A stretch of 60,408 nt of DNA, filler included, from Pirum gemmata (taxonomy: Eukaryota): assembly GCA_002812295.1 (NCBI GenBank). It is 8 parts of 8 records of this genome, joined end to end, with 100 filler letters (N's around TTAATTAATTAA, not from the genome) between each part and the next. Parts side by side here need not be neighbours in the genome. Positions count along the whole stretch, not along the records: positions 7,494 to 14,921 come from PDIN01000143.1; positions 15,022 to 22,524 come from PDIN01000144.1; positions 22,625 to 30,195 come from PDIN01000145.1; 5 more parts are not named here. One strand, 5' to 3'. The translations under genes were made by a program, and so were the position numbers. Within the stretch, counting starts at the first letter, position 1. Each line of letters begins with the position of its first letter. Under the pieces are notes generated by a model, which worked only from the letters and a program-made list of their open reading frames with translations, had not been told where the DNA came from and searched no databases. Below are positions 13,601 to 24,818 of the stretch, piece after piece.

Positions 13601-13929
13601 AATATCGGATAGTATGTAGTAAAATAGCACTCCTTTTTTTTTTTTTTTAAACAAAAAAAAAAAAAAAAAAAAAATATTCACCTATTTTTCCTATCCTTTT
13701 CTGGACAAGTTTGCATTTTTGTCACTTGCGGTTTACTCAAACTGTTATTGCTAGCAGATTGCTAGCTATGATAGAAGAAAAAAGAGCTAGTCTAGTAGTA
13801 GTAGAGTAGGAAAGAGCTATTAGTAGGCCTCTATTTAATAGTGCATATTTAAATAATTAGAATAAACCTAAAAAACTTTTTTTTTTTAAAAAAAACAAGC
13901 AAAAGGCACTTTCTCGAATCTCGATACTC

Positions 13930-13972
<43 letters not shown>

Positions 13973-13975
<3 letters not shown>

Positions 13976-14231
13976 AGCCAAGCCAGAGAAAAACTAGTGA
14001 AAAACTGTAGAAATCCTTTTTTTTAGACTTCTTTTCTAAAAACCTTTAATGTTAACCAGCCAAATTATTTTTAAAAACTAGCTATTGGTTCATAATAGAG
14101 TCTTTTTAGTTAGGGAATTTCTCAAAATGTGGTAGTACTTTTATTAAAATTAGATCATTTTGAGATTTTTGAGATTTTTGAGTACATATATCGCTGGAGA
14201 CATATATCAGGTGTTGCCATTTTTATCCGGG
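13973..14231 (+). mobile_element. MITE family D (~230-260 bp); other copies 1056-1190 (partial), 53829-54054, ~6268-6400 (-), fragments at ~2060 and ~52640
   Basis: Shared AACAGCCAAGCCGGATAAAACTGTAGAAATC... start and ...TTTTATCCGG end, forming an inverted CCGGATAAAA pair. Confidence 0.7.
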
Positions 14232-16481
14232 TATGATAGTTAAAAAAAAAGTAGATAACTGACCCTAGATAACTGACCCAGATATAACTTAGCTACAGTA
14301 GCCAGGTATGACATTGTTAACTACTGTTGTTAACTACCATTACATTCCGTTAACTACTGTTACATTGTTTGTTATAAATATAACAATTATAATCATATAT
14401 AATTATAGCTATAATTATATATATTATACATCATAATGATTTATATTATTATGAAATATTTTATTCAATGCGAAAATATGTTTTTTAAAAAATATTTTTC
14501 AACTACAGCTATAACAACTAAAATACAAAAAACGATAATGTGTTTTTGAACACATGTGTGAACTCCAAGGTTTGCTTTTTATAATCAGCAATTACAAATT
14601 TATATTTATGAGCGTATGTTTTACAATATATATACCTTTCAATACGGTACCCTTACTAAGTATCATAGTTACAACATAATATATTTTCTAATAATAATAT
14701 TAATTAATAATAATAATAATAATAATATTTATAATAAAGAATCTATACTATTTTATTGATTTCTTTTTTTAATTTTTTTTTATCATAGTTTTTCAGATAT
14801 TTTTTATTTTTTATTTTTTATTTTATCATAACTTTTATCATACAGTATAAATTTTATAATATTATAATATAGTACTATTAGTTGTACTATTATAGTATAT
14901 AATAATATTATATTATAAAAANNNNNNNNNNNNNNNNNNNNNNNNNNNNNNNNNNNNNNNNNNNNTTAATTAATTAANNNNNNNNNNNNNNNNNNNNNNN
15001 NNNNNNNNNNNNNNNNNNNNNATATAAAGTCTTGTTTTTTTTTTCATTTATTATCATACCAAAAAAAAATTAATTATTACCAAAAAACCCTTCGACTATT
15101 TCTCCTTTTTTTTTTTAATGATATGATATAGTACAAAGAGAGAGAGAGAGAGATGATGCCATTAATTGAATACCTACTCTTACTTTCATTGCTCTTGATG
15201 ATTTATCTATTAGTTTGAAGTTGTCTGCAAAGTGGTTAGCAGAAACAAAAACTAAGCACCAAAACACGTTTGTGTTATAAGAAAATAAGGATATTATTGA
15301 ATTATTTATTAATAGCTGTTTCTTTTTTTTTAATTGATCTGAGATTAGTAAAGTTGCTGAAACGCTTATGTGTAAATCTGGGTACCGTCTTTTAGTGAAA
15401 AAGGGGTAGCACTTTAGTAGTTTGCTAAAAAGAAATCTTTTTTGCTTCAAATATTTCGACACCAGATTAAGAAATAAGACTCGCAAACTACCACTTTACT
15501 AATATGAGATTAATCAATAATTTTTTTAGTTCAGTAAATAATTCTTTAATATTCTTCTTTTCATTTTTAAGTTAGGTTGAAGTTGTTAAGATTCATTTTG
15601 TTTAATTATTTTCAATTTACAAGTAAGCTCATAAGATTGTTACTATAGACTTATATTCAAGTTTTTCATAGTAGTCGAGCTAAACTGACCCCCCCTTTTT
15701 TTTTCCTTTCGTAAATAGTTTACTTACGTCATATGTATTTAATATTTTTGTCTATAAATAATTTACTTACGTTTTATTTATTGTTTTTGTCTGTATTTTA
15801 ACCTATGCTTTAATATTTCAAAAATTAAGCCTGGAGAATTCGCCAGTTTACATCCCAGAACCATATTATATAAGCAAATCTAACCGAAAAGAGGTACGAA
15901 ATTAACGTAATAACAATAATAAACAAATATAACCCTAACTCTGATATAATGGTGAATAATAAATGATAAATGATAAACGATAAACAATGAATTTATTATC
16001 AAAATATAATAATGATATAGAGATGAATGTTGTATGTAGTAATGAATAAGTAATTCCGACCAAGCAAGGGGTTTCGAAATTACAACAATGGTATTCCATA
16101 TTTTCTTCAAATAGTAAAATGGAAAAGGAAAAGGAAAAGGAAAAGGTTGTAAATAGAAAATATTAAACAAGTATTTAAGTGAATATGGTAACAATAATAA
16201 CAATGATGATAATAATGGTAAAGTAAACAGTAAAAGTAGAATAAGAAACGATGTGTATGTTATGTTAATGATCTGAAATAAATAATAATTAAACGATACC
16301 ATACAGACGAAAAATTACAATTAAATGTTGATATTATTTTGATATCAAATCCTAATGATATTTTTTAGTGTATCGTAAATATGAGTATTATGAGTATTAT
16401 TTCTATCCCAATTTCTCTCTACTACCCACCCACTCCCTTTTTTTTTTGATTATTTTTACTTTTTTATATAATATTTATTAG

Positions 16482-17221
16482 ACTTCAAATTCAATAGCTG
16501 AGCTAACGTCGTGTCGTTTTTTAATGCTGCTAGAAGACCTAAATGAAGAATTCTACGTAATACATTGTAGTTATTAATTTTAGTTACGATGTTTTTTTAT
16601 TTTTTTCGAACCTACACTAATTTTTGACTCATATTTATTATTTAATCATTTTATTGTTACCATTTATTACTAGCTTGCTTTTTGCTTTTGTTTTCACCCA
16701 AAAAGTAAAATAAGATATACCAATTGTCTAACTATAATGTATATAAAGAATAAAATAAAGCCAGGAATAAAAGCAACAAACAATAATAATTTCAATAATA
16801 ACAATAATAATAAAAATAACAAAAATAACAAAAATAACAAAAATAACAAAAATAACAAAAATATCAATAAAAGAATATATATACATAATACATTAATCGA
16901 TGCGTGTCATTTAAATTACCATTTTAATTTTAGAATAATTATTTAGTTATATTATTGAAAATACAGCCATTTTTACAAATATAAAATAAAATGAGAAAAT
17001 GCATTTTCAAATCCATAACCTATCATTTAGCTATTTTGTTATTTATCATCGTTATTTAATGTTATTTTTATTTTTATTTTTATTAGTATTAGTATTAGTA
17101 TTGTATTGTTTTGAGTATTATATTATTATTATTATATATTATTATTATTATTATATTATTATGTTATTATCATTGTTTTATTATTATTGTTTATTTATTT
17201 ATCTATTAATTTATATTGTTA

Positions 17222-17255
<34 letters not shown>

Positions 17256-17638
17256 GAAAATAGACATTGATTTTTAAACGAGTGGTTGCTGAACTGCCAA
17301 CCGATGAGTATATAGTTATGGAATCAGCAAGGAATCGGTGGATAAGAAATGTAAAGTCTTATACGAACGAAACTATATTCTATACTACTTTAAAAAGTGG
17401 GTAAGTACGTCAATTCACGAAAGTTTAGGGTTAGGGTTAAGGTTAGAGTTGGGGTTAGAGTTAGTGTTAGGGTTAGGGTTCATTTCACTTTTCTTTGTTA
17501 TTGATAGACGTATTACCCTGGTATAATCAAGATGTCTCATGTAAGAAGCTATTACGGGGGTGGATGACGCAATAATTTATAATCAAATTATGTCTTTTTT
17601 TTTTTTTTTTTTTTTTTTGGTTTTAATTTTTCTTTATT

Positions 17639-17676
<38 letters not shown>

Positions 17677-19431
17677 TTGTGTGTTTTGTTTGTTTTTTTT
17701 ATTTATATTGGAATTACAAATGAAGATATAATCTCGGGTTATTTAAAGTGTTTCGTTAGCTATTTTAAACTGATTGGTCCAGTACCTGGCTTAAACTTTG
17801 ATTTTTATAATGGTATTTGTCATTTTTTTAAAATTCTTTTCATAAATAACAACCAATGCAATAAACTAAAAAACAATGTTGCAGTAATAACAATATATTA
17901 GTGTAGTAAAACAATTAGCAGTTCAGCAATGCATCAACACATTGATACAGCAATACAGCAATACAGCAATACAGCAATACAGCAATACAGCAATACATCA
18001 ATACTGCAATACAGCAATACAGCAATACGATAATAAGGCCATGCTTATTTTGTTTCAAAAGAATTTATAAAGTTACTATTAATTGTTGTATTCTTTAAAT
18101 ACTGTGCCCTAATAATTATAAATGATAATGCTAAGCTTTAGTATTTTCCTTTCTAATGACATTTAGATTCTTTAAGTCAATGTGGCAAGTTCAATATTGG
18201 TGGTGATATCGACAACGTTTTTAGTAAGATTGTGCGTGAAATGTACCTTGAAGATAATTTGAAATTGCGTAAAGTAAGAGTTCATTTCTTTCCCTAATAA
18301 TTATTTTAGCAGTGTGTGTGTTAAATTTGATCTTTTGTCTTTTAGCAGTTGTTGTATAGTAGATTTTTTTATTTAGTGCCTGGATTCTACTTTGGTAAGT
18401 TGATTGCTGTAATGTTGTTATGTTATTTTTCTTTTCTGTTTATATATTTATTTAAAATTTTTACACTATGTCGATCAAAACAGGCGTTTATTGAAGGAAT
18501 AGGACCTTTTATTGAACTTATGGGTGATTTATGCAATCGTCATTTGAATGTAAGTTTTCTTTATTATCTATTCATTTTTGCTGATTTGATTTGTTTAATT
18601 TCGCGAACTACTGAATTATAGTCTACCTTACGTTTAAAAACAATTTTTATTTATTTATTGCTTTGTATAAAAGAGATTGCTAGATAGCATTTGCACCTAT
18701 CTCGAGTGCTTAGTATTTGATACTGTGTTTACGGCCCTGAAAACTTTGGATTGTGTGATTAATGTTTGCAAATTTCGGTAGTTGCTTTAAGTTATTTTGT
18801 TTTTTGTTATGGACGTTTTATCACTCCTTTGCTAAGCCTACCCATGCCCATGTTTGATTTTTTTGTATTTCTTTGTATGTTTATTTTTTTATTATTTACT
18901 ATACTTACAAATTATTCTTGTATTGGGTTGCCATTGTAGAGTCGGTGGTCACATCAATAAACTATTAACAAGTGTAATAGAATCACTTAATCAATTGGAC
19001 AAAAGCTCGATTGATTATAATGAAACTATTGATCATCCGCCTAAATTTGAAGAAGTCGAAAGAGAAGAGCAAGAGACTGGTAACAGAGAAGAGCACGCAA
19101 ATACCAAATTAAGGATCAGGACATCTTTAACAAAGCTATGCTTGAATCTAAAGGCATTTTGTCCAACTGAATTACAAGTATATAGTAACTATATAGTAAC
19201 TAGTATTGTTGTTTTTTGCTGTTTCGTGTTTTCTACCCAGATATCGTTTTTTGTTGCTGTTTTCTTTGGTCTTTTTATCGTTTTTTGTGTTACAAGTTTG
19301 CAATTTTGGTACTAAATCATATTGTTGTTTATACTTTCATATATATTTATTATTTTTGCCAGGAGTGGAAAAATCAAAATACTCATTTATTGAAAACTCC
19401 GTTGTATCTAGAAATACTAAGTGTCATTTGA
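16482..19431 (+). CDS. TTI2: TELO2-interacting protein 2 (Tti2)-like, multi-exon; 5' exon structure unresolved
   Basis: Exons ~18167-18273, 18484-18549, ~18673-18777, 18940-19177 and 19363-19431 splice (GT-AG) to IDNVFSKIVREMYLEDNLKLRK|AFIEGIGPFIELMGDLCNRHLN|RLLDSICTYLE...ALKTLDCVINVCKF|RVGGHINKLL. This aligns without gaps to the TTI2 C-terminal motif as I recall it (MEPEHRLLLRRTYARNLPAFVNRLGILTVRHLKRLERVIIGYLE). Likely upstream exons at 16482, 17263 and 17507 have phases I could not reconcile. Confidence 0.72.
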
Positions 19432-21968
19432 AAATACGATTCTGTTTACAACCAAACCCCGTATAATGTGGATAGGACTGTGTGGTACGAGGAAGATTAA
19501 CATTGCTAGTAATACATTTCTATATGACTGTACACCAAAGGCAAACAAGGCTGTAACGTATGTATCCAAGAGAAAGGTTTTGTCAACCAGTCAACGTCTC
19601 TTCTATTTTTTTAATACTCTCCTGCCTGGCCGCTTATTCCGTGTAATTTGCCTTTATGGTACAATTGATATAAACGGAACTTATCTCGTGCTCTGCCCGT
19701 TACGGTTTAAATACTATTCTTACACGTCTTTGCAGTCCTTTCCTGTTTCTAAATCAGTGTATTTTCTCATCGATTATAAGATATACAGAAGGCACTCGGC
19801 GATATCCTATGACTATAATCGACGTCACTTATACACAAGATTTTGTGTAATATCGTTTATGGTTAATGTAAACACGTACGGTAACTTTATTATTATTATT
19901 AGTACTATGATAGCTGGTAGAGTACAGTAGACTAATCAAAGTCACAATATCTTACAGCAAACGGTTGGAACTTGGAGGCTACTACTACACTACTACTAGT
20001 AACACTAGTAATATTATTTATCATAATCACGATATCGATCTAGCGATATCCATAATATTTATGATATTTTAACATGTTGATAGACTGGTCTATTATAAAT
20101 TATCATTTATAAACAAAATGAGCACAATAATAATAATAGTGCCACTATCATAACTGCTAGCTAGCTCTAGCTAGTACAAGGTATGATAGTAGCCACTAAC
20201 TGATTGTTATCATATCGATATATATAGGTCTATACAGACCCCGTCTGGTCCATTTGCCTTACTATGATACTACTAGCTACTAGACTCTAGCTAGCTAGCT
20301 AGCTAGGGTTAGGGTTAGGGTTAGGTATCATATTATTATAATGATAGTAGTATCGTCTATTTCATTACAGTTGTCCTCTCAATCTTTAATTTGGTACTTT
20401 TTAAGTGTATAATTGAACTGTTTTATTAAACATAGTATTAAATATAAAATACCAAATTAATCAAAACATGTCCAATAGTTTAGCCATAATAATAATTTGG
20501 TAAGTTTATTTCAGTTTTTGAACTGGACAACACTATTGAAAAACACTATGATACAAGCTAGCTAGTCTAGCTAGCTCTTAGTATGATAGTATCGATAGCT
20601 AGTAGCTAGCTAGCTAGCTACTAGAGAGCTAGTTTGTAACTTTCCTCGAGAGTCGAAACTTGTCTACCACCAGCCAGCCGCTCAGAGCCCGCTCTAGCTA
20701 GAGCTAGCTACCTAGCTATCGGATAGTACCGGTAGGTCAAGTCTCTAGACTATAGCTAGCTATGATAGAAATTGATATGATATGATAGAAAAAGTATAGA
20801 AAAACACTAGAAAAACAGTAGAAAAATAGGTTGAATTTTTAAAAAATATTTTTATCATCATAAATATTCTGAAGCTAGTAGGGTGAGAACTCTTATGGCG
20901 AACTTTTTTGACCGAGGCACAAAGTAAATGTTGTTCGTATTTAGTATTTGTAATTATTTATTTAGTAGCTACTTATTTAAGTAGTTACTTTAAAAAGAGT
21001 TTATTATACTATTTATAGTAACTTTAGGTTCGCCGGTTCGAGCATCCAATTAGTAAGATGACGTCATCTCATCCATCCTCTACTAGCTAGGGCCCTAGCT
21101 AGGGCCTAGACTGCCTACTATTTTAGCCTGTCTAGCTAGGACCAACTTTTGTTAACGGTTAACCAATCATATAAGACTACACAACTTTTACTTTAGGAAT
21201 TTTAGCTAGCCTTCCTTATTTAGTATGTAGAACTTCAACTGAATTTGGGAGTTTCAGTTTTAATAGCTGGACTTTAGCTGGTGTCAGAGTTTTCTAAAGA
21301 TTATAAAAATTTTTAAGTACTATGCATAGTATTACTAAATTTTATACCTAGAAATAATTACTATCTAGTAGCTAGCTAGCTAGAATATTTCTATTGTAGA
21401 CGGTATCATATTATTATGATATGATATTGATATAATCTGGGTATAATAGACCCCCCCCCCCCCCAAAACAAAGACTCCTTGTTTATGGAGTCAGATCTAT
21501 GGACTCTATAGTATAGTTGAATAGTCTATAGTAGATCTAGTATAGTTGATAGTGCCCACTTTTTTGCCTTATCAAACATTTTGTCATTTTCAGCATTTTC
21601 ACTTTTCATAAAAATAAATTTTTATAATATAGATAATAGACTGGGAATAAAAACTGAATAAAATCATTTTAGGTATGATATGAATAGTGTATGAATCCGT
21701 ATGATACGTAACTATTAGTCTATTAAATTTTATAATAGAAGCTATCAACAACACTATCAGATATATCAGTTATCATATTAAAAGGTAGAAATAGTTCTAT
21801 AGTGAATAGATTTATAAAACAATAAACTCAATAATAATACGCAAGTAGGTAACAAGTGTCCCCAATCTCCCTTCTATTTTTTTTAATTTTGTTGTTTTAG
21901 CTTATTTATTTATAAATGAATGAACGAATGAATCTCTCCTCACAATATCTGATTTAAATCGAAATATT

Positions 21969-22360
21969 ATGTTGTCAAGCTTAGCTAAAGGAATTGTGGT
22001 GAATCCACTCCCAGAACATCCTGGTTAGTATTCTCTAGTGAATAATCGAACAAGCAACAAGAACTGCTATTATTGTATAATTTGATATATATATATATAT
22101 GTAATTGTGTGTAACTTGAGTTTTGATGTTTTTATTTAGTCTAATATTGTATATTAAAATAGTTAACACTTATTTTACTACCAAACAACAGGAATTAGTG
22201 AAAAAGTACCTCATGCTCCAGATCGAAACCCTGCGTTTAAAAACGAAGACGAAAAGAAACTAGCAATCAAGAATGCTCTCCGATATTTTCCAAATGAAGT
22301 TCACGATACTTTGCTTCCAGAATTTGTTGAAGAATTGAAAAAATATGGGCATATTTATAT
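21969..22360 (+). CDS. UROC1: Urocanate hydratase (eukaryotic UROC1 type), first two exons 21969-22023 and 22192-22360; truncated by the contig end
   Basis: Spliced product MLSSLAKGIVVNPLPEHP|GISEKVPHAPDRNPAFKNEDEKKLAIKNALRYFPNEVHDTLLPEFVEELKKYGHIY. It contains the VPHAP.R and NALRYFP...EF..EL..YGHIY signatures. Confidence 0.92.
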
Positions 22361-22463
22361 GTAACTATTTTTTTAAAAAAAATCGGCGTTTAATATTATA
22401 ATTTATTATTAATATCACTTTGGTGGTGGTGGTGGTGATAATAATGTTGGTGGTTGTGATAGC

Positions 22464-22520
<57 letters not shown>

Positions 22521-22840
22521 TCCGNNNNNNNNNNNNNNNNNNNNNNNNNNNNNNNNNNNNNNNNNNNNTTAATTAATTAANNNNNNNNNNNNNNNNNNNN
22601 NNNNNNNNNNNNNNNNNNNNNNNNGAAACACATTATTAAATTTTTTTTGGATAATAAAATAATTAACAGTTAGGTACTACGGGGTATGAAAAATAATATA
22701 AATAGAGTGTATATATCAAATTTTATTGAAACACATTATTAAATTTTTTTTGGATAATAAAATAATTAACAGTTAGGTACTACGGGGTATGAAAAAATAT
22801 TAGGGATAAATGAAATTGTTAATGTGATTACCAACATCAC

Positions 22841-23052
22841 TAGAGCAAAACTACTTTGTTAATTCCTAAATGATATTATTGGGAAATACGCTTTTGTTGA
22901 TGCCATCTTTTTGTCTTTTATTATCTTTATATTTGCTTCAACGAAAGCTATTGGTAACGATCTGCTTGCTACAATCTACTGTTTTCCTATTGCACCTCTT
23001 GCTGGAGCAGTAGCTTCAACCATTTAGGAATTAACAAAGTAGTTTTGCTCTA
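22841..23052. repeat. Perfect 32-bp inverted repeats enclosing a ~150-bp inverted copy of the neighbouring CDS
   Basis: 22841-22872 is the exact reverse complement of 23021-23052. The interval 22872-23023 is the reverse complement of ~24147-24298 with 2 substitutions. Confidence 0.92.
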
Positions 23053-23173
23053 ATCAATAGAGCTTTTAACATTATATTTGGGTTCGGATTCGGATTCGGA
23101 TTCGGATTCGGATTCATCTGTACTATATGAAAGAAATTCTTTTTAATTTGTTTAAAGTTTTTTTAAAAAAACT

Positions 23174-24767
23174 TTACTCGTACCGAGCTTGGCCATAATT
23201 TTGATGATGTCCAAATTTACGACCACGGACTTCAAACACAATAAGAGAAAATATCATAATTACAAATAGTATTGTAGCTACCATAAACCACCAGGTACCC
23301 TCCAAGAAAAATGTGTCCAACTTCACACATGGCTCATTCAATAAAGCCTTCACTAAATCGCATTCTTCAGGATAAGTAGAATAGAACAAATAGGACATCA
23401 TTCTATCAACTTCATAATAAATAATACATGTACAGGCAAACATAACTTCAAGAATTGACCAGGCAAACATGTATTTAACAAAACTTGAAATAAAATATTT
23501 TACTTTGTTAGAAACTGGAGCAAGAAGTAACGCAAACAAGCCAATGGTTAAGCAACCCGGTGTAACAATCAGAGCAATGTACATACATATTTGAATAAAT
23601 CTACTATATGATCTAAACTCTGGTTCAGTAAATTCAACCAAATCTCTAGGAATATTCCATAAGGACATTATTTTTATATTTTCTGGAGCCATAATCTCAC
23701 CAGCAACCCCATGGATGTCAACTCTGATTAAATCTTTTGTAAAAGCCATTACATAACATACAGTAAAACTCGCCAATATAATTGCAAAATACCCAAACCA
23801 AATCCAAGAGTACCAATAACGCTCTTCTGGGAAATCTTCTAGACCATCATCGTGAATAACTACTTTATCATTACTTGTAGTTTTACCAACTTGGTTAGTA
23901 GTACTAGAATTATCCTCACTATTATTATCACTGCCCATTTGGGTTTCTTCACAGGTAATTAAACTGTTTTCATTTTGTTCGTTTAATAACTTATTAGAGT
24001 TTGTGTTTGCATCAATCTTAACTTCCATAGCATTTCCTTGACTGTTTAATCTTCTGATTTCCCGGTCTTTTTTAACTATTTTATGCTCAGCACGACGATC
24101 GTGATGATTAATATGTTTTAGATATTGACAAATAATATAGGCGATCATGGTTGAAGCTACTGCTCCAGCAAGAGGTGCAGTAGGAAAACAGTAGATTGTA
24201 GCAAGCAGATCGTTACCAATAGCTTTCGTTGAAGCAAGTATAAAGATAATAAAAGACAAAAAGATGGCATCAACAAAAGCGTATTTCCCAATAATATCTA
24301 AAAGTTGTAAGGAATGACTTCTAACCGATGGATGCATAGGACTCCACCAAATAACGTACAACATCGCTATTTTGGTGATTGGCAAAATTAAACAACTGAA
24401 TGTTATCAAAACAGAACCTACCCACGCACCAGATTCCATACCAATATCAACAAGAACTTTGTAACCCATGGTAATAATATTGGAACTAACCAAAGTTTCT
24501 GTCACACCTTCATAAGTAAAATACAATGATAATCGCATACCGGTGGTAATACAAGTTAAAACCCAAACACGAATAGCGAATGTCATAGCTAATGAAAGTG
24601 GAATACCAATTTGATGAGCAAAATCAAGCCATGTTTTTCTGTACAAAGAAGAAAGACTATGGCCAGTAAATACTAAAACCCAAGTCTTTTTCATTTTATG
24701 CACCATTCCAGCGAAACAACCTAATTTATTTTATAAAAATAAAACGGTTAATATTAGCTAATAGTAA

Positions 24768-24818
<51 letters not shown>

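Noticed and set aside
15115..15486. Minus-strand 123-aa ORF as a gene
   Set aside because: It has no recognisable domain, and plus-strand exon-like reading is equally plausible, so the strand is unresolved.
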